Shown: positions 45,274-54,742, numbered from the stretch's first letter. The stretch: DNA of 64,000 nt from Candidatus Tepidifontimicrobium thermophilum (GCA_031459915.1 JAVKHO010000004.1:1-64000); one strand, 5' to 3'. Translations and numbers: made by a program. Notes: a model not told the origin generated them from the letters alone.

Positions 45274-46242
45274 CTACTCCTGCAGCGCCGGGGCCGGCCG
45301 GCGCCACGCCCACCGCCGGCGCAACCACGGCTCCAGGGTGCCCCAGATCCCCCGCTCGCCGGCCAGCATGATCACCACCAGCAGCAGGCCCACGAAGAAC
45401 TCCCAGTTCCCCACGACCCCGCTCACGAGGTCCTTCATACCCACGTAGGCCAGCGCTCCCACCAGGGGCCCGTACAGGGTGCCCGTGCCTCCGAGGATGG
45501 TGACCACCACGGGGTCTGCGGCCCGGGCGGCGCTGGCCATCTCCGGGCTCACGAATCCGAAGTACACCCCGTACAGGCTGCCGGCCAGCGCCGCGGTGGT
45601 ATTGGCGAGGACGAAGGCCGTCCACCGGATCTTGAAGTCGTGGTAGCCGAGGAACTTCACCTTGTCCTCGTTGGTCTTGGTCGCCAGGCAGCACGCCCCG
45701 AACACCGTGTCGTCCAGGGCTTTGTACAGGGCCCACACCGCCACCGCCACCAGCCAGGCGAACCACACGAAGCCGTCCGGCCGGGTCAGGTCCAGCACGG
45801 GCGTGGAGGTCATCCGGTCCAGGAACCACAGGCCGTTGTCGCCTTTGGTGATGGGGGCCAGGACCTTCTGCATCAGGTGGTAAACGATCACCGCCAGGGC
45901 CAGGTTCACGAGGGCGAAGTAGTCGCTCCGCAGCCGGACGAACACCAGGCCTACCACCGCGGAAAAGAGCAAGCCACTCGCGAGGCCGGCCAGGATGCCC
46001 AGTAGGGGGTCACGCCCGAAGTAGTAGAGGTAGAAGGCCGTTCCGTACGCGCCCGCGGCCAGGTACGCGGGCTGGCCGAACGAGATGAACCCCACGCGCC
46101 CCAGGAGGAAGTTGCAGGCCATGGTGTACACGGAGAAGATGAGGACCTCCACCAGAAAGGGCAGGGGGAGGACCCACCGCGCCACGGCCAGGACCCCGAA
46201 GGGGATGAGGATCCCTGCCCACCAACGCAGCCGACGGCTCAC
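45274..46242 (-). CDS. Branched-chain-type ABC permease (LivM-like)
   Basis: GFISFGQ, TKGDNGL, LGGTGTLYGP. Confidence 0.92.
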   Translation of the reverse strand: MSRRLRWWAGILIPFGVLAVARWVLPLPFLVEVLIFSVYTMACNFLLGRVGFISFGQPAYLAAGAYGTAFYLYYFGRDPLLGILAGLASGLLFSAVVGLVFVRLRSDYFALVNLALAVIVYHLMQKVLAPITKGDNGLWFLDRMTSTPVLDLTRPDGFVWFAWLVAVAVWALYKALDDTVFGACCLATKTNEDKVKFLGYHDFKIRWTAFVLANTTAALAGSLYGVYFGFVSPEMASAARAADPVVVTILGGTGTLYGPLVGALAYVGMKDLVSGVVGNWEFFVGLLLVVIMLAGERGIWGTLEPWLRRRWAWRRPAPALQE

Positions 46243-46934
46243 AGGTACGCCTCCACCGCGCCGGAGCGGATGGCGTCGGGGTCGGTGATCTCCGCCACCA
46301 CCCGCCCCTCCTTGACCGCGTACACCACATCTGCCACGCGGCCCACCAGGGGCAGGTTCTGCTCCACCATGAGGAGGGTCGCCTGACCCTTCAGCTCCTC
46401 GAACACACGCCCCAGCTGCTCCACCACCGCAGGAGCCAAGCCCTCGGTGGGCTCGTCGATGAGCAGGACCTTCGGCCGGCCCAGCAGGGCCCGGCCGATC
46501 ATCAGCATCTGGCGCTCCCCGCCGCTCAGGTACCCGCCCTTTCGGTCCAGCAGCCCCTTCAGCCGGGGGAAGTACTTGAACACCACGTCCCAGTCCCAGT
46601 CCCCGGTGGCGTAGCTGGCCAGGCGCAGGTTCTCCCGCACGGTGAGGTCCGCGAACACCCGCTTGTCCTGCTGGACGTAGCGGATCCCCATCCGCGCCAC
46701 CTCGTAGGGCTTCCGGCCCACCAGGTCTACGCTCCCGTAGCGCACCGACCCGGCCCGCGGGCGGAGGAAGCCTGCGATGGTCCGCAGCAGGGTGGTCTTG
46801 CCGGCACCGTTTCGTCCTACGCAGGCCGCCAGCCGGCCGCGGGGCACCGCCAGGTGCACGTCGAACAGCACCTGGGCTTCGCCGTACCCCACGTGCAGGC
46901 CCTCCACCACCAACGCTCCGTCGGGGTGGCTCAT
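46239..46934 (-). CDS. Branched-chain-type ABC ATPase (LivF-like)
   Basis: GRNGAGKT, LSGGERQM, DEPTEGLAP. Confidence 0.93.
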   Translation of the reverse strand: MSHPDGALVVEGLHVGYGEAQVLFDVHLAVPRGRLAACVGRNGAGKTTLLRTIAGFLRPRAGSVRYGSVDLVGRKPYEVARMGIRYVQQDKRVFADLTVRENLRLASYATGDWDWDVVFKYFPRLKGLLDRKGGYLSGGERQMLMIGRALLGRPKVLLIDEPTEGLAPAVVEQLGRVFEELKGQATLLMVEQNLPLVGRVADVVYAVKEGRVVAEITDPDAIRSGAVEAYL

Positions 46935-47698
46935 GCGGACTCCGCCCCCACCCGCCAGTAGCTGCGCCGCACCTCGGGGTCCTGCAGGCACTCCTCCGGC
47001 CTGCCCTCGGCGATCACCCGGCCCTCGTGCAGGACCACCAGCCGCTCCACGAACCCCAGCAGGTGCGACACCTTGTGCTCCACCACCACCATGGATCGCT
47101 GCCCCACTTGAGACCGCAGCACGTCCATCACTTGGTGGATCTCCGCCTCGCTGAGGCCTGCCAGGGGCTCGTCCAGCATCAGTACCCGGGGCTCCGACAG
47201 GATGGCCATGGCGATCTCCAGCCGCCGTTTCTCTCCGAGGCTGAGGTGGCGGACGAGCCGGTCCCGCTGGCTGACCAACTGGAAGCGCTCCAGCACCTCC
47301 TGCACCCGAGGGTCGTCGTAGTACCGACGTCGCGGCGCCGTCAGCAGCACCCGCACGTTCGCACCGGAGTGCAGCCGGCTGAAGCGTGCCAGGACGAGGT
47401 TGTCCAGGACGGACAGGGCGTCGAAGGTGGAGGCCAGCTGGAAGGTGCGCACCAATCCGAGGCCCACGCGATGCTGCGGCGGGGCGTGGGTCACATCCTG
47501 GCCCAGGTAGACCACCCGGCCCTCGTCCGGGGGGTGGTAACCGGTCACCAGGTTGAAGAAAGTGGTCTTCCCGGCGCCGTTGGGCCCCACGATGCCGGCC
47601 ACCTCTCCCTCGCGGAGGGAGAAGTTCACGTGGTCCACGGCCACGAAGGACCCGAACCGCTTCGTGAGGTCCACGGTGCGTAGGATCTCCGCGCTCAA
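46931..47698 (-). CDS. Branched-chain-type ABC ATPase (LivG-like)
   Basis: GPNGAGKT, LSLGEK, LDEPLAG; start TTG 47698 or GTG 47713. Confidence 0.92.
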   Translation of the reverse strand: MSAEILRTVDLTKRFGSFVAVDHVNFSLREGEVAGIVGPNGAGKTTFFNLVTGYHPPDEGRVVYLGQDVTHAPPQHRVGLGLVRTFQLASTFDALSVLDNLVLARFSRLHSGANVRVLLTAPRRRYYDDPRVQEVLERFQLVSQRDRLVRHLSLGEKRRLEIAMAILSEPRVLMLDEPLAGLSEAEIHQVMDVLRSQVGQRSMVVVEHKVSHLLGFVERLVVLHEGRVIAEGRPEECLQDPEVRRSYWRVGAESA

Positions 47699-47714
47699 GT
47701 CTAGCTCCGGCACG

Positions 47715-47744
47715 CCGCGGGCCCGCCCCGCGGCGGGCCCGCGG
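47715..47744. other. 13-bp perfect GC hairpin after the SBP gene (RNA stabiliser or partial terminator)
   Basis: ccgcgggcccgcc-ccgc-ggcgggcccgcgg. Confidence 0.65.
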
Positions 47745-47766
47745 TTCCCTCCGGGTACGGGGCGGC

Positions 47767-49011
47767 TCAGTACCCGAGCGCCTTCAGGGGCGGCAGCACC
47801 TCCTCGCCCCCCTGGGCGCCCACCACCTGGAACAGGTCCCACTCGTGTCTCTGCTCGCCAGGCCCCTTGCCCTTCACCAGGAACGCGGCGAAGCGGTAGA
47901 TCACCGAGTGATCCTTCCGCCACTGGGCCGGCCCCTTCACGGTCTGGAAGATGGGCTTGGCCATGAGGGCTGCCGCAACCTTCCCGGGCTCCAGGGAGCC
48001 AGACTGTTCGAACCCGCGGAACATCTCCTGCATGGCGGTGTACGCGATGGTGGCGTAGGCGTCGGGCGGGGTGCGGTAGCGCGCCTGGTACTGCTGCGTG
48101 TATGTCTGCGCGCTCTTCGCCACGGGCGAACCGCCCAGGAAGCGGTCGAGGTCGTAGTAGAAGTAGTGCATGGCGTACACGTCCTTCAGGGCCTCCGGCG
48201 GAAGCCCCTTGGCCACCACGTTGGTGATGAAGGCGTTGAAGATGGTCATCTCCCGGTTCAGGCCCATCTGGTAAGTCTGCTTCAGGAGGGCCACCGCGTC
48301 CGCGGCGAACTGGGCGGAGATGAACACGTCCGGCCGGGCTGCCCGCACCTTCTGGAGGACCGTGGTGAAGTCCGTGGTCCCCAAGGGCACCTCATCATAC
48401 CCCACGATCTGCGCCCCGAACTTCTCCGCGGCCGCCCGGGTCCCGTCCCGCATGTCCCAGCCCCAGCTGTCCGCGCGGGCCAGGAAGAAGATCCGCTTCT
48501 TGCCCAGCACCTGGATCGCCGCGGACCCGGCCATGTAGCCTACGGTCCAGGGGCTGAAGGTCACCGCGAAGGTGGTGTCCGCGAGCTTGCCCCGCTCGAA
48601 GGCCTCCTTGGCCATCACGCACACCGGGAAGTACGGCATAGGCTCCCGCTTGACCACCGCGTTGATGGCGTAGGCGAGAGGGGCCCACGTCTGTCCCACG
48701 ACCCCCACCACACCCTGCTCGACAAGGTAGCGGTACCGGCGGACGCCCACGTCCAGCTTCGCTTCGTCGTCCGCCACCACCCCTTCCACGCGGACTCGGC
48801 CCCACGGCATGCGCAGGCCGCCCTTCTCGTTGACCTGCTCGATGGCCAGCATCGCACCGTTCCGCTGGGTCTCCGCCACCGCGGCGAACGGCCCTGTGAG
48901 GGGAAGCAGGATCCCGATCTTGACCGTGCTCGGGTTGGCCGCCCCTGCCAGCGCGGAAGCCGCCAGGGCAGCGCACACCAACAGCGCCAGCACGACTACA
49001 GCTCCTCTCAT
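47767..49011 (-). CDS. HAAT/LivJ-type ABC substrate-binding protein
   Basis: Signal peptide; VKIGILLPLTGPFA, DDEAK, DFTTVLQK; start MRGAV at 49011. Confidence 0.92.
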   Translation of the reverse strand: MRGAVVVLALLVCAALAASALAGAANPSTVKIGILLPLTGPFAAVAETQRNGAMLAIEQVNEKGGLRMPWGRVRVEGVVADDEAKLDVGVRRYRYLVEQGVVGVVGQTWAPLAYAINAVVKREPMPYFPVCVMAKEAFERGKLADTTFAVTFSPWTVGYMAGSAAIQVLGKKRIFFLARADSWGWDMRDGTRAAAEKFGAQIVGYDEVPLGTTDFTTVLQKVRAARPDVFISAQFAADAVALLKQTYQMGLNREMTIFNAFITNVVAKGLPPEALKDVYAMHYFYYDLDRFLGGSPVAKSAQTYTQQYQARYRTPPDAYATIAYTAMQEMFRGFEQSGSLEPGKVAAALMAKPIFQTVKGPAQWRKDHSVIYRFAAFLVKGKGPGEQRHEWDLFQVVGAQGGEEVLPPLKALGY

Positions 49012-49042
49012 CGCACACCCCCAGCCAGCGTGCTGCCGTGCC

Positions 49043-49060
49043 CTATATCGTATATCATAG
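49043..49060. promoter_or_regulatory. AT-rich GntR-operator-like site overlapping a TATGAT -10 box
   Basis: CTATATCGTATATCATAG; 49045-49060 matches the 34108-34123 palindrome at 12/16. Confidence 0.55.
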
Positions 49061-49120
49061 AAGCGCCACCAGCGCCAGACGGTCCGCGACACGTCCAGCT
49101 CCTCCGCGGCGGAGGAAAGG

Positions 49121-49582
49121 CTACAGCCGGACGCTGAACACCACGGTGAGGTTGGGGGCCTGCGGCCCTGTCAGGATCACCGTCAGCCTCGAGCCCTCCT
49201 CCTCCACCCGGAGGGGCACGACCACCAGAGTCCCCACCGGGATGGCCACCACCGTCTGGACCGGCACCAGGTAGAAGATCCGGCCCCGCAGCTTGGCTCC
49301 CGCGGGCGTGCTCAGCCGCACCAGCTGGCCGGGCGGGATGCGCACCTCGGGGTCCAGGAACGCCAGGAACGTGCCCTCGCGGTCGCGCACCAGCCCCACC
49401 ACGTAGCAACGATCCCGCACCACCACCGCGCCAGTCCCCCACACCAGAGCCCGACTGGTGCAGAAGACTTCCCCTGCCCGGTACAGCTTCACCCGCCGGG
49501 CCTTCGGCCCTGCCACAGCGACCCCGCCCACCAGCAACACGGCCAGCAGGGCAACCCCGACCCTTTGCACGACCCGCATCAT
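49121..49582 (-). CDS. Hypothetical exported protein
   Basis: Signal-peptide-like N-terminus, GGAGG RBS, fills the intergenic space. Confidence 0.7.
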   Translation of the reverse strand: MMRVVQRVGVALLAVLLVGGVAVAGPKARRVKLYRAGEVFCTSRALVWGTGAVVVRDRCYVVGLVRDREGTFLAFLDPEVRIPPGQLVRLSTPAGAKLRGRIFYLVPVQTVVAIPVGTLVVVPLRVEEEGSRLTVILTGPQAPNLTVVFSVRL

Positions 49583-49615
49583 CCCCGCACCTCCAGAAAG
49601 AACTCCCCGGGCAAA

Positions 49616-50698
49616 CTACGTCCGAGTTCGCGTGCGGGTTCTCCTATCCTCCCCGGCCGCCGCGCTCTCTATGAGATCCGCTCCGGCCTCGTCACCGGAA
49701 AAGTCCATCACCCGCGATTTCGGAACCGCCAGCAACACCTGTCCTGGGCGCACCGGCTCCCGCCCGTCCGCCATGACCATGGTGTCCCCGACCCGGACGT
49801 AGGCTCGATACACGGCCCCCAGAAACAGACAGTCCACCACCTCCCCGGGCGTCCAGACCGCGCCTGCCGGAGGAGGGGAACCGGCAGGCAACAGGGCGAC
49901 GTCCTCTGCGCGGAACAGGAGCCGGCCCCGCTCACGCGGCTGGATCCGCCCACCCTCCGCCACCGTGCCCGGGAGCACGTTGGTGGACCCCAGGAACTCC
50001 GCGACGAACGGATCCCGGGGCCTGGCGTACACGTCCTCCGGTCTCCCCGCCTGCACCACCCGACCCCCCTCCATCACGACCAGCACGTCCGCGATGCTCA
50101 GGGCTTCCTCCTGGTCGTGGGTCACGTAGACGGTGGTGATTCCCGTGCGACGCTGCAGGGCCCGGATCTCCACCCGGACCCGGTGGCGGACCTTGGCGTC
50201 CAGGTTGCTCAGGGGTTCGTCGAGCAGCAAAAGCCGCGGCCGGACCGCGATGGCCCGGGCCAGGGCGACCCGCTGCTGCTGGCCCCCGGACAGCTCTCGA
50301 GGCCGGCGGGACTCGATTCCCGGCACGCGATCCAGCTCTACCAAAGCCAGGGCCTCCCGCACCCGGTCCCGGACTTCGTGGGAGGGCAGCCGCCGCAGGC
50401 GAAGCCCGAAGGCCACGTTGTCGAAGACGGTCATGTGAGGCCACAAGGCGTAGTTCTGAAACACCAGGGCGCAGTCGCGCGCCTGAGGGGGGAAGTCCGT
50501 GACGTCTCGCCCGTCCATCCACACCCGCCCCTGGTCCGGACGCACGAACCCCGCGAGAACCCTCAACAGCGTGGTCTTCCCGCACCCTGACGGGCCCACC
50601 ACCGCGGTCAACGCGCCTTTGGGGAACGTGTGGGTGACGCCCGCGAGGGCGGCGACACGGCCGAACCGTTTCTCGAGCTTCTCGACCCGAACTTCCAC
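49616..50698 (-). CDS. ABC ATPase (PotA/FbpC-like, TOBE domain)
   Basis: GPSGCGKT, FQNYALWPHMTV, LSGGQQQR, DEPLSNLD, THDQEEA. Confidence 0.93.
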   Translation of the reverse strand: MEVRVEKLEKRFGRVAALAGVTHTFPKGALTAVVGPSGCGKTTLLRVLAGFVRPDQGRVWMDGRDVTDFPPQARDCALVFQNYALWPHMTVFDNVAFGLRLRRLPSHEVRDRVREALALVELDRVPGIESRRPRELSGGQQQRVALARAIAVRPRLLLLDEPLSNLDAKVRHRVRVEIRALQRRTGITTVYVTHDQEEALSIADVLVVMEGGRVVQAGRPEDVYARPRDPFVAEFLGSTNVLPGTVAEGGRIQPRERGRLLFRAEDVALLPAGSPPPAGAVWTPGEVVDCLFLGAVYRAYVRVGDTMVMADGREPVRPGQVLLAVPKSRVMDFSGDEAGADLIESAAAGEDRRTRTRTRT

Positions 50699-50709
50699 GC
50701 GGCGACCTC

Positions 50710-51525
50710 CTACAGGTGGCCGAAGAACGCCAGGTACTCCGCCCGCAGGAACCGCTCCAGCAGCAGCAGCAGGACGACCCCCGGCGCCATCAAGATGAGG
50801 GCCGTCACCGACGCGATCTGAAGCTCGTACCCCAGGCTCGCCGTGTACATGTACACGGGCAAGGTCGTCACGTACGGGGCGCCCACCAGTAGCGTCCCGT
50901 TGAACTCGTCCAGGGAGTGAAGGAACACCAGAATTGCGCTGGCCGCCACACCGGGCAGGGCGAGCGGCAACGCGATGCGGAAGAAGGTCCGCGTTGCGGA
51001 AGCTCCCAGGTTCAGAGCCGCTTCCTCCAGTTCGGGGCCGACGGCCCGGAACGCGGCCGTGAGGGTCCACACCGCGTACACCAGACCCCCCACCAGGTGG
51101 ATCAAGACGACGCCGGGGACGGTGCCCGCGAGGTTCCACCGGTAGAACAGCACGGTGGCGCTGGCGAACACCGGGAGCTGGGGAAACGCCTGAGGGAGGA
51201 CGAACAGCGTCAGCACCGCGGCCCCGGCAGGCAGGCGCCTGCGGGCGGCCAGGTAACTGACGGGCAGCGCCGCTACCAGGGCGAGCACCGTGGTGATGGT
51301 GGCGATGGTCACCCCCCGGGTGAGTGCCCGGAGTGGGTCTCCCTGCAGCATCCGCAGCCAGTACTTCAAGCCCAACTGCTGCGGGAAGGGCGCGGGCCAG
51401 TGCCACCGCTCGGCCAGCGACCAGACCACCAGGCTGAGCAGCGGGCCCAGGATCACGACCAGCACGAGTGTCCCGAGGGCGGCCCGCAGCGTCACCGCCA
51501 ACAGACTCCGGCCCGCCACGCTCAT
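50710..51525 (-). CDS. ABC permease (PotC-like)
   Basis: EEAALNLGAS loop, SLDEF, TTLPV. Confidence 0.92.
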   Translation of the reverse strand: MSVAGRSLLAVTLRAALGTLVLVVILGPLLSLVVWSLAERWHWPAPFPQQLGLKYWLRMLQGDPLRALTRGVTIATITTVLALVAALPVSYLAARRRLPAGAAVLTLFVLPQAFPQLPVFASATVLFYRWNLAGTVPGVVLIHLVGGLVYAVWTLTAAFRAVGPELEEAALNLGASATRTFFRIALPLALPGVAASAILVFLHSLDEFNGTLLVGAPYVTTLPVYMYTASLGYELQIASVTALILMAPGVVLLLLLERFLRAEYLAFFGHL

Positions 51526-52352
51526 CGGGCCACCGAACGTAGGTAAGCGTAGACGGCGCCTGAAGCCATTACGTAGGACACCACCCCCAGGGCGCTCGCC
51601 ACGCCGAAGTCACCGTGCTGGCCGAAGCGGTAGTAGAGGTCGACCATCAGCATCTGGGGCCCCGAGCCACGACTCATGAGCAAAGGGATCGAGAACGAGG
51701 CCAGCATCGAGGTCAGGGTGAGGACCGTCGCGAGAGCGAGGGAGGTCGCGGACATGGGGACCAGCACCGCCCAGATCTGGCGCAGGATGCCGGCCCCGAA
51801 TCCCTGGGCCGCCTCCAGGTAGCTGTCGTCCACCCCGCGGAAGGCGCCGACGAGAAGCAGAACCACCAGGGCCAAGTGCTTCCAGGTGAGGGCTAGGACT
51901 AGCCCCAACCAGCCTTCTCCGATTCCCAGCCGGGCACCTGAAGGCACCAGTCCCACCGCGGAGAGCGCCAGGGCCAGCGTGCCGCTGGGCTGGAGGAACA
52001 CCCGCATGGCGTGCCCCGTCACGACGAACGGCACGAACAGGGGGACCTTGAGGAGGAACTCCACCCACGGCCACGCGCGTAGCCGCAGGTACCCCGCCAG
52101 GTGGATCCCAGCGCCGAAGGTGAGGGTGACGCCCGCGCCGGCGACTCCCAAGGTATAGAGGACGTCCCGTCCGTACAGTCGGGCCACGATGGCGTAGTTC
52201 TCCAGCGTCACGCGCCCCTCCCGGACGAAGGAGGCCACCAGGGACTGCAGGAGCGGCAGGCCGAACGCCACGCCGAGCACCGCCACCGCGGGCAGGGTGG
52301 CAAGGACCCAAGCCCACCGCTCCCACCGGTGCGCCTCGGTGGCCAGGCTCAC
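51522..52352 (-). CDS. ABC permease (PotB-like)
   Basis: LEAAQGFGA loop, about 6 TMs; GTG overlaps the SBP stop. Confidence 0.9.
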   Translation of the reverse strand: MSLATEAHRWERWAWVLATLPAVAVLGVAFGLPLLQSLVASFVREGRVTLENYAIVARLYGRDVLYTLGVAGAGVTLTFGAGIHLAGYLRLRAWPWVEFLLKVPLFVPFVVTGHAMRVFLQPSGTLALALSAVGLVPSGARLGIGEGWLGLVLALTWKHLALVVLLLVGAFRGVDDSYLEAAQGFGAGILRQIWAVLVPMSATSLALATVLTLTSMLASFSIPLLMSRGSGPQMLMVDLYYRFGQHGDFGVASALGVVSYVMASGAVYAYLRSVAR

Positions 52353-53494
52353 CGCACGATCTCCTCGTAGGCGAGCAAAATGGCGTCGTAGTAGTCGCCA
52401 AGGGGCATCTGCAGGGAGTACCGCGCCAGATCCTCCGGCGTGACGCCCTTGAACAGCAGCGCCCGCGCCTGCGGGGAGACTAGCGGCATCACCCGGTTCG
52501 GATCGATGCCCGGGTACCACCCGAACTGCTCCACGATCACCTTCGCCTGGACCTGCGGGTTCGCCACGAAGTCCACATACCGCGCACCCCAATCCCGGTT
52601 GGCCGCCTCCCGCGGAACCACCAGGTAGAGGGGGTAGATCGGCAGACCGGGGGCGATGAGGACGGGCGTGATGTCCGGGTTCATCCGGCCCTCGTTCTTC
52701 CACGCCACCAGCTGGTCCACCCACACCGCTCCCATCCAGATCTCGCCGCGGTTCAGCGCGTCCAGGGTCCCCGCGTTGCCCGAGGTGATGACCACGTTCC
52801 GGTTGAACTCCCGTAGCTGCTCGATCGCCTGGCGGATCAGGGGATCGTACTTGCGGTCGTAGGGACCCTGGGTGAACAGGTCATACCGCCCCGTCTTGTA
52901 GTAGACCCACGCCATGACGAAGCCGATGCCGGAGACGCCCCCCTTGATGCCGTTGTAGCCGAACCGGCGAGGGTTGGCCCGCACCCACGCCTCCAACTCC
53001 GCAAAGGTGCGCGGCGGCTTCTGGACGTAGGCCGGGTTGTACGCGATGGCGATCTGGTTCTTGAACATGGGCACCACGTAGCCCTTTACCTCCACCCCGA
53101 AAGCCCGCTCGGTGTCGGGTCCAACCACGTACCGGCCGAACTGCATCTGCGGGACGAACCGGTGCAGGAGGCGCTCTCGCACCATCTGGGCCGCGTACCG
53201 CATGGATATCAGCGCCACGTCCAGGTCCCAGGGCTTCCGTCCTGCGTCCGCCTGCGCCTTGATCTTCGTGTAGACAGCCCGGCTGGCTGCCTCGCCGGTA
53301 CCGGTGCCCACCGCGTGCACGGTCACGCCCGGATGGTTCTTGGCGAAGGCGACACCCAGGTAGTTGTTGTGGGCCTCCACCACGTTCACGTCCGCCGCAA
53401 TCGCCACCTGGATCGTGACCCGGGACTGCGCGAACCCGGCTGCCGCAAGGCCCCCTACGAGGACGACCGCCGCCGCCAGAGGTTTCCAACGCAT
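52349..53494 (-). CDS. ABC extracellular solute-binding protein (PotD/YnjB-like)
   Basis: Signal peptide; IAYNP, PPRTFAEL, GGVSGIGF, LNRGEIWM. Confidence 0.88.
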   Translation of the reverse strand: MRWKPLAAAVVLVGGLAAAGFAQSRVTIQVAIAADVNVVEAHNNYLGVAFAKNHPGVTVHAVGTGTGEAASRAVYTKIKAQADAGRKPWDLDVALISMRYAAQMVRERLLHRFVPQMQFGRYVVGPDTERAFGVEVKGYVVPMFKNQIAIAYNPAYVQKPPRTFAELEAWVRANPRRFGYNGIKGGVSGIGFVMAWVYYKTGRYDLFTQGPYDRKYDPLIRQAIEQLREFNRNVVITSGNAGTLDALNRGEIWMGAVWVDQLVAWKNEGRMNPDITPVLIAPGLPIYPLYLVVPREAANRDWGARYVDFVANPQVQAKVIVEQFGWYPGIDPNRVMPLVSPQARALLFKGVTPEDLARYSLQMPLGDYYDAILLAYEEIVR

Positions 53495-53500
53495 GGTTGC

Positions 53501-54019
53501 TCACCCCTTTCCGGTTCGTGTGGACTTGTCGCCGCGCACCCGACCGTGCGCCAACTCCCAGGCCAGGGCCACCGCCTCTGCCGCGTCCCGCGCCCGCACG
53601 ATGGGGTCACCCTGTAGCCCGGGTCGGGAAAGCTCCCAGGTCCCCAGCCCGACCACGGGGACACCCAGCTTCAGCGCGTAGGCGATCTCCGAAAGCGTCC
53701 CGTAGCTTCCACCCACCGCCACCACGGCATCGGAGGTGCGCACCACGATCACGTTGCGCGCCTCGCCGAGCCCCGTCACCACGGGTACGCCTACGTAGGG
53801 GTTGGCCTCCTCTGCCCGCGTCCCGGGCAGGATCCCCACCACCAGGCCACCCTCCTCCACAGCCCCCCGGGCGGCTGCCTCCATCACCCCTCCGAGCCCC
53901 CCGCACACCAACACCCCGCCGCGGCGGGCGATCTCACGCCCGACCTGCTCCGCCATCCGGCACATCTCCGGCCGGGCGTCCTGCTCGCCGATCACCCCGA
54001 TGTGCAGGCGCCTACTCAC
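53501..54019 (-). CDS. LOG/SLOG family protein (TIGR00725-like)
   Basis: CGGLGGVMEAA, TGLGEARN, GGSYGTLSEIA. Confidence 0.92.
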   Translation of the reverse strand: MSRRLHIGVIGEQDARPEMCRMAEQVGREIARRGGVLVCGGLGGVMEAAARGAVEEGGLVVGILPGTRAEEANPYVGVPVVTGLGEARNVIVVRTSDAVVAVGGSYGTLSEIAYALKLGVPVVGLGTWELSRPGLQGDPIVRARDAAEAVALAWELAHGRVRGDKSTRTGKG

Positions 54020-54707
54020 GGTACACCTCGTAGCAGGCGTCCACAGGGAGGCCCGCGTCCACGAAGGCCACTCCCTCCACCAGCAACAGCGGCGTGCCAG
54101 GAGGCACCTCCAGGAGCCGTGCTTCGGGAGCCGTCGCTCTCACCGGCCGGTACACTCGCTCACAACGAGTGAACCGGTAGCCGTAGTGCTCCTCCACGAG
54201 GCGGTACAGGGAGTCGGACGCAAGGTCCAGCCCGTCCAGGCCGGGGCAGATGCGCACCGGGATGCACGACACGTGGTACGCAACCGGGTGGCCAGCCACG
54301 AGGCGAAGCCGCCGGATCCGGTACACCAGCTCCCCGGGGGCGAGTGCCAGGGCCCTACGCACCGCCTCCGAGGGCCGCTCGCGTCGCACGCTCAGGAGGT
54401 GGTTCTGCACTTCCACGCCGTGGGCCCGCATCTCCTCGGTGAAGGACAGCACGGTCCAGAAACGGCGCAGCGCTCTGGGTCGGCTGGCAAAGGTGCCCAC
54501 GCCATGGCGGCGCTGGACCAAGCCTTCTGCGGCCAGCGCGGCGATGGCCTGTCGCACCGTCATCCGGCTGCACCCGAACCGACGGGCCAGCTCCCCCTCG
54601 GAGGGCAGCCGTGCGCCTTCGGGGAACTGCCCCTGGCGGATCCACCGTTCCACGGCGCGGCGGACCGCCAGGTATCTGGGCCCTGTCTGGACGTCTAGAC
54701 GTCCCAC
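54012..54707 (-). CDS. GntR family, HutC/UTRA subfamily regulator
   Basis: LPSEGELARRFGCSRMTVRQA, GVGTF, SFTEEM, SLY; start GTG 54707 (the ORF-track start lies inside the tRNA). Confidence 0.92.
   Translation of the reverse strand: MGRLDVQTGPRYLAVRRAVERWIRQGQFPEGARLPSEGELARRFGCSRMTVRQAIAALAAEGLVQRRHGVGTFASRPRALRRFWTVLSFTEEMRAHGVEVQNHLLSVRRERPSEAVRRALALAPGELVYRIRRLRLVAGHPVAYHVSCIPVRICPGLDGLDLASDSLYRLVEEHYGYRFTRCERVYRPVRATAPEARLLEVPPGTPLLLVEGVAFVDAGLPVDACYEVYRE
54689..54704. promoter_or_regulatory. Perfect palindrome GGACGTCTAGACGTCC (candidate HutC-type operator) inside codons 2-7 of gntR
   Basis: 16-bp perfect inverted repeat with a GTCTAGAC core. Confidence 0.7.
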
Positions 54708-54713
54708 GGGCGC

Positions 54714-54742
54714 AGGATAGCTCGCGGGGACCCGCGGGTCAA
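54714..54742 (-). promoter_or_regulatory. Putative promoter TTGACC-17-TATCCT for a leaderless gntR
   Basis: -35 at 54742-54737, -10 at 54719-54714, GTG starts 7 nt downstream. Confidence 0.65.
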
